Of a stretch of 45,202 nucleotides of DNA, positions 1-10,040 are shown in pieces. The notes beneath the pieces are model-generated. The model had not been told where the DNA came from and made no database searches. It worked only from the letters and a program-made list of their open reading frames with translations. Source of the DNA: an uncultured Akkermansia sp. (lineage in GTDB: Bacteria > Verrucomicrobiota > Verrucomicrobiia > Verrucomicrobiales > Akkermansiaceae); NCBI GenBank assembly GCA_964611765.1, contig CAZTAX010000002.1, positions 2,472 to 47,673 of the forward strand, read 5' to 3'. Position 1 is the stretch's first letter; the number at the start of each line of letters is the position of its first letter. Both the position numbers and the translations under genes were made by a program.

Positions 1-740
1 TCCGGTTGCAGCAGCCCCAGCTCTGCGCAGTAGGGGATGGGGCGCTTGCCGAAGTTCTGCAGGCAGGTCTGCGTCTCGCTCTCTGTTTCGGCCAGGTGCA
101 TACCGAAGAGCGAGCCGGTCTCATCTGCCAGGGCGCGGCACTTGGTGAGCAAGTCGGGGTTGGTAGTGTAGGGCGCATGCGGGAGCACTGCCTGGCGGAT
201 GCGCGGATGACCCTTCCATTTCTCTGCCTGGGCGCGCACGAGATCGAAGTAGGCCTCGGCATCCTTGCAGGAGAGGGAGGGGAAGAATTGCGTGACGCTC
301 TCGCCCATCACGGCGCGCATGCCCAGCTTATCTGCTGCGCGGAACACGCTGCGCTGGTGCATGTACATATCATAGAATGCCGTGGTGCCGGTGCGAATCA
401 TCTCTGCCAGCGAGAACATGGCCCCCAGTTCCACCAGCTCCGGGGTGAGCCTGGCCTCTGCCGGGAAAATATCCTGCGTGAGCCAGTCCATGAGCGCCTT
501 GTCGTCCGAATAGCCGCGCAGCAGGCTCATGGAGACATGTGTGTGCGCATTCACCAGACCGGGCATGATGACGGCATTCCCCAGATCCACGCGGCGATGG
601 TCCGGGAAGATGATTTCCAGCAGGTCGGCGTGGCCCACGCTCAGGATTTTGCCGTCCCCCACCGCCACGGCCGCATCGCGGTGGATATCGCGGGAGTCGT
701 TCTGGGTGAGGACGTAGTCAGCAGTATAAAGAGATACCAT
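1..740 (-). CDS. Amidohydrolase, MTA/SAH deaminase-like (partial, runs off left edge)
   Basis: Not in the ORF track; translated by hand from ATG at 740: MVSLYTADYVLTQ...MPGLVNAHTHVSMSLLRGYSDDKALMDWL...EMIRTGTT...PHAPYT...MHLAET. HxH metal motif, PHAPYT and HxxE motifs of the MtaD/SsnA group. Confidence 0.85.
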   Translation of the reverse strand, partial: MVSLYTADYVLTQNDSRDIHRDAAVAVGDGKILSVGHADLLEIIFPDHRRVDLGNAVIMPGLVNAHTHVSMSLLRGYSDDKALMDWLTQDIFPAEARLTPELVELGAMFSLAEMIRTGTTAFYDMYMHQRSVFRAADKLGMRAVMGESVTQFFPSLSCKDAEAYFDLVRAQAEKWKGHPRIRQAVLPHAPYTTNPDLLTKCRALADETGSLFGMHLAETESETQTCLQNFGKRPIPYCAELGLLQP

Positions 741-764
741 GGTGGCAGAGGTGGATGGAATTAT

Positions 765-1343
765 TTACCAGAAGAGCCCGGCGCAGGTGCAGATGAGCAG
801 GCCGTACACGAAATTGAACACCGCGAGACCGGAGATGAGGCGCGGACGCTGCACCAGCCAGCCCATCCAGTCGCGGAAGAGGTAGGGCTTGCCTACCCAG
901 AACATGGCCACGGTGAGCACCGGGTACCACCACAGCGGGATGAGGATGCGCGTGGCGGGGTCCTTCAGGAAGGCGGCGCTCATGGGTACAATGGCCATGA
1001 GCAGCAGGAAGAAGCCCAGCGCACGGGCGAAGAGTTGCTCCCTGGCCATGCTGCTCATCACAAACCAGATGACGGGGCAGAGGATAAGCAGGATGCCGCG
1101 GAAGTTCTCGAACTCGAACAGCGGCATGCAGAGCGCATTCCAATCCGCCTTGAACAGCAGCAGGGCCACCCACACGAAATCGATGCCCAGCAGCACGGTG
1201 CCGGCGCTGCTCTTGGCGTGCACAGTGGACAGGTTCTTGCGGAAGTGCTCCGGGCAGAGCAGCACATACAGGCTCAGCAGCATGAGCACCATACCCATGG
1301 CAAATCCGGTGGGTGCCAGGGAAAGGGTTTCGTAGATATGCAT
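765..1343 (-). CDS. Hypothetical integral membrane protein (about 6 TM)
   Basis: 192-aa ORF with multiple hydrophobic segments, co-oriented with flanking genes at short spacing. Confidence 0.75.
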   Translation of the reverse strand: MHIYETLSLAPTGFAMGMVLMLLSLYVLLCPEHFRKNLSTVHAKSSAGTVLLGIDFVWVALLLFKADWNALCMPLFEFENFRGILLILCPVIWFVMSSMAREQLFARALGFFLLLMAIVPMSAAFLKDPATRILIPLWWYPVLTVAMFWVGKPYLFRDWMGWLVQRPRLISGLAVFNFVYGLLICTCAGLFW

Positions 1344-1364
1344 AGTTTCTGTTTCTAAGTGGGG

Positions 1365-2777
1365 TTACATGTCCAGGTCATCCTCCTCCGGCTCATCGGC
1401 GGCGGGGGCGTGCTCGATGCGAGTCTGGGTCACGCGGCGGCCATCCGTTCCGATGACGGTGATGAGGTAGTCGCGGTGGCGGAGCTGCTCGTTGCACTCG
1501 GGCAGGTGGCCCAGGCGGTCAGTGATATAGCCGCTGAGGGTGGAAATGCCGGTATCTTTCTCGAATTCGCCCAGTTCGGGCAGTTCTTCCTCCAGGTCAA
1601 AGAGGGCAATGGAACCGCTGGCGATGTACTGCCCCTCGGCCACTTTGAAGAAGGTGCGGGCGGCTTCCATCTCGAATTCGTCCTGAATGTCGTTGCCCAC
1701 GATTTCCTCCAGCACGTCGTCCAGATACACCAGACCCTGCGCTTCGCCGTATTCATCCACCACCAGGGCAAAGTGCGTGTGCTCCTTGGCAAAGAAGTCC
1801 AGCAGGGTATCCAGCTTCATGGTTTCGGGCACCACTTTGAGCTCGCGGCGCTCGGCCATGATGTCGCGGGTCCCGCTGTGCACCATCTGCAGGATATCCT
1901 TCACATGCACCCAGCCCTTGGCGTGATCCAGGTGGCCGGAAACCAGCGCAAAGCGGCTGTGGCGGCTGTTTATCACCTGCTCCAGCAGCTCATCGAAGCT
2001 CTTGTTGATATCCAGCACCTCCACGCGGCTGCGGGGCACCAGGATATCGCGCACGGAGCGGTCGTTGAGCTCCAGCGCGTTCATGGAGATTTCCGCCTCG
2101 GTCTCGGTCACTTCATTGCTGCGGCCACTGGCTTCCACGATGAGGGCAATCTCTTCCGCGCTGTGGGATTCATTCGGCTCGTAGTGCGGGTCTACACCGA
2201 ATACGCGGTGGGCGATGGTGTTGGCTGTGTTGTTGAAGAGGTGGATGATCCACTTGGTGAACTTCGCAAAGCGGTGCATGGAAACCGCCGTCATGAGCGC
2301 GATTTCCAGCGGCTTGCGGATAGCCAGACTCTTGGGCACCAGCTCACCCAGCACCACGTGCGCAAAGGTGAACAGCGCGTAGGCCACGGTGTAGGAAATC
2401 ACATGCACCACCGTGGGGCTCAGGTGCAGGTAGTAGCTGAGCGGGCTGCTGATGAGACTGGCAATGAAGGGCTCGCCCATGGCACCCAGGGCCAGCGAGG
2501 CAAAGGTGATGCCCACCTGGTTGGCCGAGAGGTAGGTGTCCAGGTGGCGCACGATGTGCCGTGCTGTGCGGCGACGCTGTGCCTGGGAGCGTGTGTCCGC
2601 GCTGTCCTCGACCAACTGGCTCTCGCGCACGCGGGCGCATGCAAATTCATTTGCCACGAAAAATGCGTTCAGGAACAGGAAGAAACTGATGCCCACGATG
2701 AAGAGCACAATCTCACCCACGCCGGGGTAGATCCATTCCAGTTGAGCGATTTCCTCAGGAGTCAGAAAAAATTGCAT
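1365..2777 (-). CDS. Hemolysin/CNNM family protein (DUF21-CBS-CorC/HlyC), putative Mg/Co transporter
   Basis: NAFFVANEFA, QVGIT, HVVLGELVPK, CBS pair (HSRF, VVDEYG, DVLEEIVG), C-terminal TLSGYI CorC domain. Confidence 0.9.
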   Translation of the reverse strand: MQFFLTPEEIAQLEWIYPGVGEIVLFIVGISFFLFLNAFFVANEFACARVRESQLVEDSADTRSQAQRRRTARHIVRHLDTYLSANQVGITFASLALGAMGEPFIASLISSPLSYYLHLSPTVVHVISYTVAYALFTFAHVVLGELVPKSLAIRKPLEIALMTAVSMHRFAKFTKWIIHLFNNTANTIAHRVFGVDPHYEPNESHSAEEIALIVEASGRSNEVTETEAEISMNALELNDRSVRDILVPRSRVEVLDINKSFDELLEQVINSRHSRFALVSGHLDHAKGWVHVKDILQMVHSGTRDIMAERRELKVVPETMKLDTLLDFFAKEHTHFALVVDEYGEAQGLVYLDDVLEEIVGNDIQDEFEMEAARTFFKVAEGQYIASGSIALFDLEEELPELGEFEKDTGISTLSGYITDRLGHLPECNEQLRHRDYLITVIGTDGRRVTQTRIEHAPAADEPEEDDLDM

Positions 2778-2789
2778 ATCAATAGGGTA

Positions 2790-3050
2790 TTAAAGTTTTT
2801 CGTACACGCCAAGGTCGCGTTTCTGCATCACCGTGAAGCCGGCTTTCTTGGCATCGCTGATGCTCAGTGGGGCGGTGATTTTAGGCACATTCACATTGCC
2901 GATTTTCTTGCGCACGGGGTTTTTGCAGTACATGCAGTGCGTCAGCGGTGCCCGGTCTGCGGAGCGCATCAGTTCAAATCCCTTGCGGCACATCCGGCAA
3001 GATCGCTCCGGATCTTCCGGGTTCTCTGAAATGTATTCGTATATCGGCAT
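2790..3050 (-). CDS. FmdB-family zinc-ribbon protein
   Basis: MPIYEY start, CxxC...FE...CxxC. Confidence 0.85.
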   Translation of the reverse strand: MPIYEYISENPEDPERSCRMCRKGFELMRSADRAPLTHCMYCKNPVRKKIGNVNVPKITAPLSISDAKKAGFTVMQKRDLGVYEKL

Positions 3051-3063
3051 TATAATAAAGGAA

Positions 3064-3095
3064 ACGCGGGCTGCTCCTCATAGGATAGCCCGCGT
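3064..3095 (-). terminator. Probable intrinsic terminator after rpsN
   Basis: ACGCGGGCT...AGCCCGCGT stem, followed on the minus strand by TTCCTTTATT. Confidence 0.55.
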
Positions 3096-3123
3096 GTAAA
3101 AATTGTCAAGTCTATATCAGGAC

Positions 3124-3393
3124 TTACCAGCTGGACTTGGTCACACCCGGAATCATGCCGGCGTTGGCCAGTTCGCGGAAAGCGATACGGGAAAGATGGA
3201 AACGGCGCAGGAAAGCGTGACGACGACCGGTGAGCTCGCAGCGGTTCACGAGACGCACGGGAGAAGCGTTGCGCGGCAGCATCGTCAGACCGATGTAGTC
3301 GCCTTCAGCCTTCAGCTTGGCGCGGAGGTCTGCATAACGAGCCGCGACAGCTGCCTTCTTCTTGTTTCTTTCAATCCAGCTTTTCTTTGCCAT
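3124..3393 (-). CDS. rpsN: 30S ribosomal protein S14 (89-aa, Zn-independent form)
   Basis: MAKKS...[19 protein letters not shown]...[22 protein letters not shown]. Confidence 0.97.
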   Translation of the reverse strand: MAKKSWIERNKKKAAVAARYADLRAKLKAEGDYIGLTMLPRNASPVRLVNRCELTGRRHAFLRRFHLSRIAFRELANAGMIPGVTKSSW

Positions 3394-3533
3394 AACTTTG
3401 TGGGCCGGATATATACATCATCTCGGCATATAAGTCAAGAGGAATTTGCTCCGAATTCCAAAAATTTGCGTTTTCAGCCTCTTTTATGAAAAATATACTT
3501 CCATTACACCTTGTTTTGTGGTAGGAGTTGGAT

Positions 3534-5048
3534 ATGAAGCGACTTACCTGGTTAATGATGCTGGGTGCGCTGCCCACGCTGGCCGCAGTGGAGTTCGATG
3601 CCATTTATGGAGATGGCATGGTGCTGCAACGCGGGCGCGAGGTGGTGGTGCGTGGTACCACGGATAAGCCCTCCGAGCCGGTGACGGTGAGTTTCAACGG
3701 TCAGAAGGTGAAGGCTGAGACGAAGGGCCGCCGGTGGCAGGCCGTTCTGGAGCCCATGAAGGCCAATGCTGAGGGACAGACCCTGACTGCAGAGCAGAAG
3801 AGCGGCTCCGCCACGGTGCAGAACGTGGTGGTGGGCGAGGTGTGGATAGCCAGCGGGCAGTCGAATATGCTCTGGCGCCTGGATCAGACACCGGGCAATG
3901 CGCAGACAATTGCGCAGTCCGCCAATGAGAATTTCCGCTTCTTCCACAGCGAACCGCAGGTGCATACCGCACCACCGCGTTATAATGAGGAACAGCTGAA
4001 GCGCGTGCAGGAAAAACGCATGTATGAAGGGCAGTGGGCTGTGAGCGCCCCTGCCACCGCCCCGCGCATGAGTGCGGTGGGCTACTATTTCGGGCAGGCG
4101 CTGCAGCGCGGACTGGGCGTTCCGGTGGGCGTGATTCATGCTTCCCTGGGCGGCTCCAACATGCTGGCCTGGATTCCCCGCGATGTGGTGCGCAAGGAGT
4201 ACCCCGGCTGCCAGGGCTCCAACTGGGTGAAGAGCAAGTATGCCAGCGAGTGGGTGCGCGGCCGCGCCCAGCAGAATGTGGGCCCCGGCGGCGATTTTGC
4301 CTTGCATCCCTACGCTCCCTCTTATCTGTACGAAACCGGGTTGGAGAAGTGGGAAGGTTTCCCGGTGGCCGGTGCCATCTGGTACCAGGGTGAGTCCGAT
4401 GCCGAGATTCTGGACAACGAGCAGAACAAGAAGCTGCTGAAGGATATCATCACCTCCTGGCGCGATAAACTGGGCAACCCGGATATGACGTTCATCCAGG
4501 TGCAGCTCCCGCGTATCAATGATAAGAGCAAGCTGCGCGCCTACTGGCCGGAGTTCCGCCAGGTGCAGGCCGAGGTGGCTGAAGAGCTGCCCGGGGTGAG
4601 CTGCGTCGTCACTCTCGACCTGGGTTCCACGAACAGCGATGTGCACCCGCCCCGCAAGGTGGAGGTTGGTGAGCGTCTGGCTTCCACTGCTCTCAAAGAA
4701 GTTTACGATAAGGATGTGGCCGCCGCTGGTCCGGTCATCACCGGCTTCAAGGCCAAGGGCTCCAAGGTGCAGGTGCGCTTCAAAAATGCTGAGGGACTCA
4801 AAACGACCGATGGCGCTGCCCCTGTGGGCTTTGAGCTGGCCGGCAGCGATAAGAATTTTGCTCCCGCCTCTGCCGAAATCAAGGGGAAGTTTGTGGAGCT
4901 CCGGGCAGAGGACGTGAAATCGCCCAGGTACCTGCGCTATGGCTGGGCCGTCTTCATGAGCCCCAACCTCGTGAACGAAGCCGGCCTGCCCACCGCTCCT
5001 TGCCCCGCCACCGATGGCAAGACCAGGAAAAAGGGCAAGCGACGCTGA
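3534..5048 (+). CDS. Sialate O-acetylesterase family (SGNH) secreted esterase
   Basis: Signal peptide, GMVLQR, GEVWIASGQSNM, IWYQGESD, DVHP motifs; AGGAG at 3523-3527 before ATG 3534. Confidence 0.88.
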   Translation: MKRLTWLMMLGALPTLAAVEFDAIYGDGMVLQRGREVVVRGTTDKPSEPVTVSFNGQKVKAETKGRRWQAVLEPMKANAEGQTLTAEQKSGSATVQNVVVGEVWIASGQSNMLWRLDQTPGNAQTIAQSANENFRFFHSEPQVHTAPPRYNEEQLKRVQEKRMYEGQWAVSAPATAPRMSAVGYYFGQALQRGLGVPVGVIHASLGGSNMLAWIPRDVVRKEYPGCQGSNWVKSKYASEWVRGRAQQNVGPGGDFALHPYAPSYLYETGLEKWEGFPVAGAIWYQGESDAEILDNEQNKKLLKDIITSWRDKLGNPDMTFIQVQLPRINDKSKLRAYWPEFRQVQAEVAEELPGVSCVVTLDLGSTNSDVHPPRKVEVGERLASTALKEVYDKDVAAAGPVITGFKAKGSKVQVRFKNAEGLKTTDGAAPVGFELAGSDKNFAPASAEIKGKFVELRAEDVKSPRYLRYGWAVFMSPNLVNEAGLPTAPCPATDGKTRKKGKRR

Positions 5049-5070
5049 TAAGGATTACTCCTGATGCAGT

Positions 5071-5105
5071 GCGAGCATGGAGAATGTTTCTCCATGCTCG
5101 CTTTT
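5071..5105 (+). terminator. Intrinsic terminator between convergent esterase and trpS
   Basis: 14-bp perfect stem GCGAGCATGGAGAA/TTCTCCATGCTCGC followed by TTTT. Confidence 0.75.
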
Positions 5106-5145
5106 GATTGTTCTGTGAAAATGTTCTGACCTGTGAGCTGAGGCT

Positions 5146-6120
5146 TTACACCCAGCCGAGGCCCACGGCCTTGCGGACGCGGGTGAGTACCTTGGCGGCC
5201 TCCTCGCGGGCGCGGGCGGCGCCGGTGTTGAGCACATCGTCCACATATTCGGGGTGGGCGAGAATCCACTCGCGCTTTTCGCGGGCGGCGCGGAAGTATT
5301 CCCAGTACGCTTCGAAGAGGTCTTTCTTGAACTGGCCGTAGCCAACACCGCCGGCGAGGTGGGCATCGACCATGGCCTGGTACTGCTCCGGCGTGGCAAA
5401 AAGTTTGTAGAGGGCCAGGATGATGGAGTTTTCCGTGGGTTTCGGGGCTTCCAGCGGGGTGGCATCGGTCACGACCTTCTTGTTGATGAGCTTGCGGAGG
5501 GGCTTCTCTTCGCCGAAGATGGGCAGGGTGTTGCCGTAGCTCTTGCTCATCTTCTGCCCATCCAGCCCGGGCACCACGGCGGTGGCTTCGGAGATGATGG
5601 CCTCGGGCATTTTGAGCAGACCTTCGCCGAAGGTATCGTTCATCTTGCCGGCAAGGTCGCGGGTGACTTCCAGGTGCTGCTTCTGATCCTTGCCCACAGG
5701 GACGGCGTCGGAATCGTACAGCAGGATATCGGCAGCCATGAGGGCCGGGTAGGCAAAGAGGGCGTGGCTGGCGGCAAAGCCCTTGGCCACCTTATCCTTG
5801 TAGGAGTGGCAGCGCTCCAGCAGGCCCATGGGGCACAGGGTGGAAAGAATCCAGGCCAGTTCATTCACCTCCGGCACGGCTGACTGGGCGAAGAATACGG
5901 CTTTTGCCGGGTCGAGCCCGCATGCCAGGAAGTCCACGGCCAGCCCGCGGGTATTCTCGCGCAGCTTCTCAGCGCTTTCCATGGTGGTCATGGCATGGTA
6001 GTTGGCAATGAAATAGAAGGCCTCGCCTTTTTCCTGGAGCCGCACGGCGGGCTCAATGGCACCGAAATAGTTGCCGATGTGGAGCTGGCCGCTGGGCTGT
6101 AATCCTGTGAGGAATCGCAT
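5146..6120 (-). CDS. trpS: Tryptophan--tRNA ligase
   Basis: TGLQPSG, HIGN, VPVGKDQKQHLE, KMSKS. Confidence 0.97.
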   Translation of the reverse strand: MRFLTGLQPSGQLHIGNYFGAIEPAVRLQEKGEAFYFIANYHAMTTMESAEKLRENTRGLAVDFLACGLDPAKAVFFAQSAVPEVNELAWILSTLCPMGLLERCHSYKDKVAKGFAASHALFAYPALMAADILLYDSDAVPVGKDQKQHLEVTRDLAGKMNDTFGEGLLKMPEAIISEATAVVPGLDGQKMSKSYGNTLPIFGEEKPLRKLINKKVVTDATPLEAPKPTENSIILALYKLFATPEQYQAMVDAHLAGGVGYGQFKKDLFEAYWEYFRAAREKREWILAHPEYVDDVLNTGAARAREEAAKVLTRVRKAVGLGWV

Positions 6121-6156
6121 ATATTCTGAGTATCTGTGTGTTGGTAAAGGGGTGAA

Positions 6157-6711
6157 TCAGGGCTCTTCCGCTTCGTCTTCCTCCTGGGTGAGGAGGGCGT
6201 GCAGATAGTTCCCCAGGCTTTCGGCGGTGAACGCGCCTTCGATGCTGCGCAGCTTGATGCCCTCTGCGTAGAATACGGTGGTGGGCACCTTGGTCAGACC
6301 GTAATCCTCGGCAATGGCCGGGTAGTCATCGGCATTGATTTCCACTACCTGCACACCGCCTTTTTCGTGTTCGGCCAGTTCCTGCAGCGATTTGCGCATG
6401 GCGTTGCTGTGGCGGCACCAGGGGGCGGTGAAACAGAGCAGCAGGGTGCGGCCGGAAACCTCGGTGACCTGGCGCATATCCTGGCCTTCGTACACGCTGT
6501 ATAGCTCGAACTTAGGCCGGCCCTGCAGGGTGGTGGGCACCTGCTTATCCGTGCGGATGAGGGATTGCAGGGATTCCCGCTGCGGGTTGGGCGCCGGCTT
6601 GGTGGGGGTGGTGAACTGCGCTGCGCGGTCGCGCTTCTCCTGGTCAGATTCTCCGCAGCTCACGCAGAGCAGGGGGAGCAGCAGAGCAACCGGGAGCAGA
6701 TAGCGTTTCAT
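6157..6711 (-). CDS. Thioredoxin-fold lipoprotein (CxxS)
   Basis: Start MKRYLLPVALLLPLLCVSC (lipobox-like); FTAPWCRHS and cis-Pro loop KVPT. Confidence 0.8.
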   Translation of the reverse strand: MKRYLLPVALLLPLLCVSCGESDQEKRDRAAQFTTPTKPAPNPQRESLQSLIRTDKQVPTTLQGRPKFELYSVYEGQDMRQVTEVSGRTLLLCFTAPWCRHSNAMRKSLQELAEHEKGGVQVVEINADDYPAIAEDYGLTKVPTTVFYAEGIKLRSIEGAFTAESLGNYLHALLTQEEDEAEEP

Positions 6712-6767
6712 GCGGCCTATTCTGCCATTTTTCCCCGTGCGTGTCAAGTGAATGCAACTCTTTGCAC

Positions 6768-6795
6768 TTGTCATCGGGCGGTGGTGTGTTATAAT
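6768..6795 (+). promoter_or_regulatory. Sigma70-type promoter of pyrF (leaderless)
   Basis: TTGTCA-16 nt-TATAAT with extended TG, 7 nt before ATG 6803. Confidence 0.65.
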
Positions 6796-6802
6796 GACGC
6801 GC

Positions 6803-7582
6803 ATGAAATACACGGAGAAACTTGCTGCCCGTATCGCTGCCACGCGTTCCGCCCTCTGCGTGGGGCTTGACCCCCGCCCGCAGTCCGAAAATATGACCGA
6901 ACTGGCCGACTGGCTGCGCAAGGTGGTGGAGGAAACCGCCCCCTATGCCGCTGCCTACAAGCCCAATATCGCCTATTTCGAGGCCATGGGTCTGCCCGGT
7001 CTCAAGATGCTGGAGGAACTGCTGCCCGATATGCCCAAGGATATCCCCGTGATTCTGGATGCCAAGCGCGGCGATATCGGTGAGACGCAGAAGTATTACG
7101 CCCAGGCCTACTTTGACCGCATGGATGTGGATGCTGTGACGCTTAATCCCTTCATGGGGTACGATATTCTGGAGCCCTTCCTCGACCGCCCCGGCAAGGC
7201 CGTCTACCTGCTGACGGTGACCACCAACCCCGGCTCTGTGGATGTGGAGCAGCAGGTGCTGGCCAATGGCCGCAAGGTCTACCAGCTCGTGGGCGATATG
7301 GTGACCCGCTCCATTGCAGAGAACAGCGCGACGGAAGTGGGCATGGTGGTGGGCCTGACCAATGCCAACAGCCAGATTCTCACCGACCTGCCGGATGCTC
7401 CGCTGCTGGTGCCCGGTCTGGGGGCCCAGGGTGGCGACCTCTCCGCCCTCACCGGTGGCACCCGTGTGGCTCCGCCCACCATCAATGTTTCCCGCGGTAT
7501 CCTCTACAAGGACCCCGAGCTGAGTTTCGCCGAAAAGGCCGAGAAGTGGGCCAAGCTCATCAGAGAGGCTCTCGCCCTCTGA
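6803..7582 (+). CDS. pyrF: Orotidine-5'-phosphate decarboxylase
   Basis: LCVGLDP, YKPNIAYFE, DAKRGDIGET, LVPGLGAQGG, NVSRGI. Confidence 0.95.
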   Translation: MKYTEKLAARIAATRSALCVGLDPRPQSENMTELADWLRKVVEETAPYAAAYKPNIAYFEAMGLPGLKMLEELLPDMPKDIPVILDAKRGDIGETQKYYAQAYFDRMDVDAVTLNPFMGYDILEPFLDRPGKAVYLLTVTTNPGSVDVEQQVLANGRKVYQLVGDMVTRSIAENSATEVGMVVGLTNANSQILTDLPDAPLLVPGLGAQGGDLSALTGGTRVAPPTINVSRGILYKDPELSFAEKAEKWAKLIREALAL

Positions 7583-7593
7583 TGAGTCAAGAG

Positions 7594-7672
7594 GTACGAA
7601 GTACGAATTACGAATTACGAAGTGAGCTGCGGCGAATCCGCAGGGAATTTCTCAATAGTCAATCGTCAATAC
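7594..7672. repeat. Two heptamer tandem arrays flanking a small hairpin
   Basis: (G/T)TACGAA x4 at 7594-7621, CTGCGG-cgaat-CCGCAG at 7627-7643, TCAATAG/TCAATCG/TCAATAC at 7652-7672. Confidence 0.8.
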
Positions 7673-7673
7673 C

Positions 7674-8489
7674 ATGCAGCAATATCTTGGCTTGCTTGAA
7701 GATGTGCTCACCAATGGGGTGGGCAGGGAAGACCGCACCGGCACCGGCACCATCGGCGTGTTCGGGCGGCAGATTCGCTGTGATTTGCGCGAGGGATTCC
7801 CCTGCCTGACCACCAAGAAACTGCACCTGCGTTCCATCATTTACGAATTGCTCTGGTTCCTGAAGGGCAGCACCAATGTGCGCTGGCTGCAGGAACGAGG
7901 CGTGAGCATCTGGGATGAGTGGGCCGATGAAAATGGCGACCTGGGCCCGGTATATGGCAGCCAGTGGCGCGCCTGGCCGGATGGCAAGGGCGGCAGCATC
8001 GACCAGATTGCCAGGCTGATTGATGGCCTGAAGAATAATCCTTGGAGCCGCCGCCACCTGGTGAGTGCGTGGAATGTGGCCGAGGTGGACGGCATGGCCC
8101 TGCCGCCCTGTCACTGCCTGTTCCAGTTCTGCGTGATTCCTGCGCAGAAGGAGGGTGAGAAGCACGGCCTGAGCCTGCAGCTTTATCAGCGCAGCTGCGA
8201 TTTGTTCCTCGGCGTGCCTTTCAATATAGCCAGCTATGCGCTGCTGCTCATGATGGTGGCGCAGGTCTGTGGTTATGAGGCCCGCGAGTTTGTGCACACC
8301 TACGGCGACCTTCATCTCTACAAGAACCATCTGGACCAGGCCCGCCTGCAGCTTAGCCGCGAGCCCCGCCCGCTGCCCACCATGCGCATCAACCCTGCCG
8401 TGACGGAGATTGACGGTTTCGACTTCTCCGACTTCATGCTGGAGAACTACGACCCGCACCCGCACATCAAAGCCGCTGTTTCTGTATGA
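7674..8489 (+). CDS. thyA: Thymidylate synthase
   Basis: [32 protein letters not shown]. Confidence 0.97.
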   Translation: MQQYLGLLEDVLTNGVGREDRTGTGTIGVFGRQIRCDLREGFPCLTTKKLHLRSIIYELLWFLKGSTNVRWLQERGVSIWDEWADENGDLGPVYGSQWRAWPDGKGGSIDQIARLIDGLKNNPWSRRHLVSAWNVAEVDGMALPPCHCLFQFCVIPAQKEGEKHGLSLQLYQRSCDLFLGVPFNIASYALLLMMVAQVCGYEAREFVHTYGDLHLYKNHLDQARLQLSREPRPLPTMRINPAVTEIDGFDFSDFMLENYDPHPHIKAAVSV

Positions 8490-8953
8490 TTCCCAGTTTC
8501 ACAGGAGTGGTGGCCATGGACGCCGCCCGCGGCATAGGCCTGAACAACGGCATCCCCTGGCGCCTGAAGGAGGATATGCAGCTCTTCAAGCGCCTCACCA
8601 TGGGCCATCCCATCCTCATGGGCCGCAAGACATGGGAAAGCCTGGGCCGCCCGCTGCCGGGCCGCCAGAATATCGTGCTTACCCGCAATGCTGATTATGT
8701 GGCCGAGGGCGCGGTGGTTATCACCGACCTGGCACAGCTGGAAGCCCTGGAGCTCCAGGACCCGGAAATCATGGTGATTGGCGGTGCTCAGCTCTATGCG
8801 CAGATGCTGCCGCAGATGCAGCGCTTGCATGTATCCGAAGTTCAGGGCACGCATGAGGTGGATACCTGGTTTCCGGAGTTCGCGCAGCATTTCGCTACCC
8901 GCACCCCGCAGCAGGAGTACGGGGGCTTCACCCACGTGCTCTACGAAAAATGA
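8486..8953 (+). CDS. folA: Dihydrofolate reductase
   Basis: [33 protein letters not shown]; 4-nt overlap with thyA. Confidence 0.95.
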   Translation: MIPSFTGVVAMDAARGIGLNNGIPWRLKEDMQLFKRLTMGHPILMGRKTWESLGRPLPGRQNIVLTRNADYVAEGAVVITDLAQLEALELQDPEIMVIGGAQLYAQMLPQMQRLHVSEVQGTHEVDTWFPEFAQHFATRTPQQEYGGFTHVLYEK

Positions 8954-9222
8954 GCACCGGCGCTGCCATCACCCTGTTTCTGCTGGGCTGTGGCGGATTG
9001 ACCGTCATGCTCTTTACCCGGCTGCGTGAGGGTAAGTTCGATGGGCGCGGGCCTTACCCGCTTATATTCATCTTTGCACTGCTGATGCTCATTCCCTCTC
9101 TGGCAGCTGAATCCGGATTGTGGCGTGGCATCCTGGGAGTCGCTTGCTTTGCGCATTGGCTGCTGGCGGCGCTCTATCTCATGAACTTCAGGAAGTTTGA
9201 ACCCAAACGGAAACGCCGTTGA
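8950..9222 (+). CDS. Small membrane protein (about 3 TM)
   Basis: Hydrophobic 90-aa ORF, translationally coupled at both ends. Confidence 0.65.
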   Translation: MSTGAAITLFLLGCGGLTVMLFTRLREGKFDGRGPYPLIFIFALLMLIPSLAAESGLWRGILGVACFAHWLLAALYLMNFRKFEPKRKRR

Positions 9223-10040
9223 TGAATGCTGCCCCGGATTTGTGGGATTTGCCCTTTGAAGAGTTGCTGTCCATGGCCGAGTCAGAGAAGGCCGAGGCGC
9301 AGCATGTGATGGGCTGCTATTGCGACATGTTTGCTGCAGGCGGCGCGGAAGAAGCCGTAGCGTGGTGGAGCAAGGCGGCCGCACTGGGCTACGCTGCCTC
9401 GATGAATGACCTCGGCGTCTGTTACGAAAACGGTTCCGGGGTAGAACAGAATGCTGCCGCCGCTTTTGAATGGTACCGCAGGGCGGCAACTGCCGGAGAT
9501 GCTCTGGGCATGCTCAACCTGGGGCGGGCGTATAAACTGGGGCTTGGGGTTCCTGCGGATACCGGGCTCATGGTGCAATGGTATCGCCGTGCCGCAGAGC
9601 TGGGGCACGCCGATGGCATGTATCACCTGGGGGCCTGCTACGAATGGGGCGATGGAGTGGTGCAGAATCATGCCCTGGCAGCGTATTGGTACCTGCGAGC
9701 CGCAGACCTGGAGCATGCCGAGGCCCGGCTGCGCCTGGGCTGCCTGTATGACCAGGGGCTTGGCGTGCCGCACGATGAGGCACGAGCTGTGCATTTTTAC
9801 CGACTGGCCGCAGAGCAGGGCGTGCCGCAGGCTCAGTATAACCTGGGCTGTTGTTACGAGCTGGGCGTGGGCGTGCAGGCAGATGCAGCCATGGCTCTGA
9901 GCTGGTATTCGCAGGCCACGGAAGGGGAAAACCCCGATGCGCTGTGGCGCATGGCACTGGCCTATCGGGATGGCGATTTCGGCCTGCCGCAGAACCGTGA
10001 CGAAGCCCGCCGCCTGCTGGAACGTGCCGCCGAGCAGTGA
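9219..10040 (+). CDS. Sel1-repeat (TPR-like) protein, probably prematurely terminated
   Basis: About 6 Sel1 repeats (LGxxYxxGxGV...WYxxAAxxG). Reading frame continues past TGA 10038-10040 to 10379. Confidence 0.85.
   Translation: MMNAAPDLWDLPFEELLSMAESEKAEAQHVMGCYCDMFAAGGAEEAVAWWSKAAALGYAASMNDLGVCYENGSGVEQNAAAAFEWYRRAATAGDALGMLNLGRAYKLGLGVPADTGLMVQWYRRAAELGHADGMYHLGACYEWGDGVVQNHALAAYWYLRAADLEHAEARLRLGCLYDQGLGVPHDEARAVHFYRLAAEQGVPQAQYNLGCCYELGVGVQADAAMALSWYSQATEGENPDALWRMALAYRDGDFGLPQNRDEARRLLERAAEQ

Noticed and set aside
3394..3533. Zur box upstream of the Zn-independent rpsN
   Set aside because: No convincing palindrome seen, only ordinary divergent promoter elements.
7594..7672. Possible CRISPR or mini-array
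   Set aside because: Units are 7 nt with no spacers, and there are no cas genes in the window.
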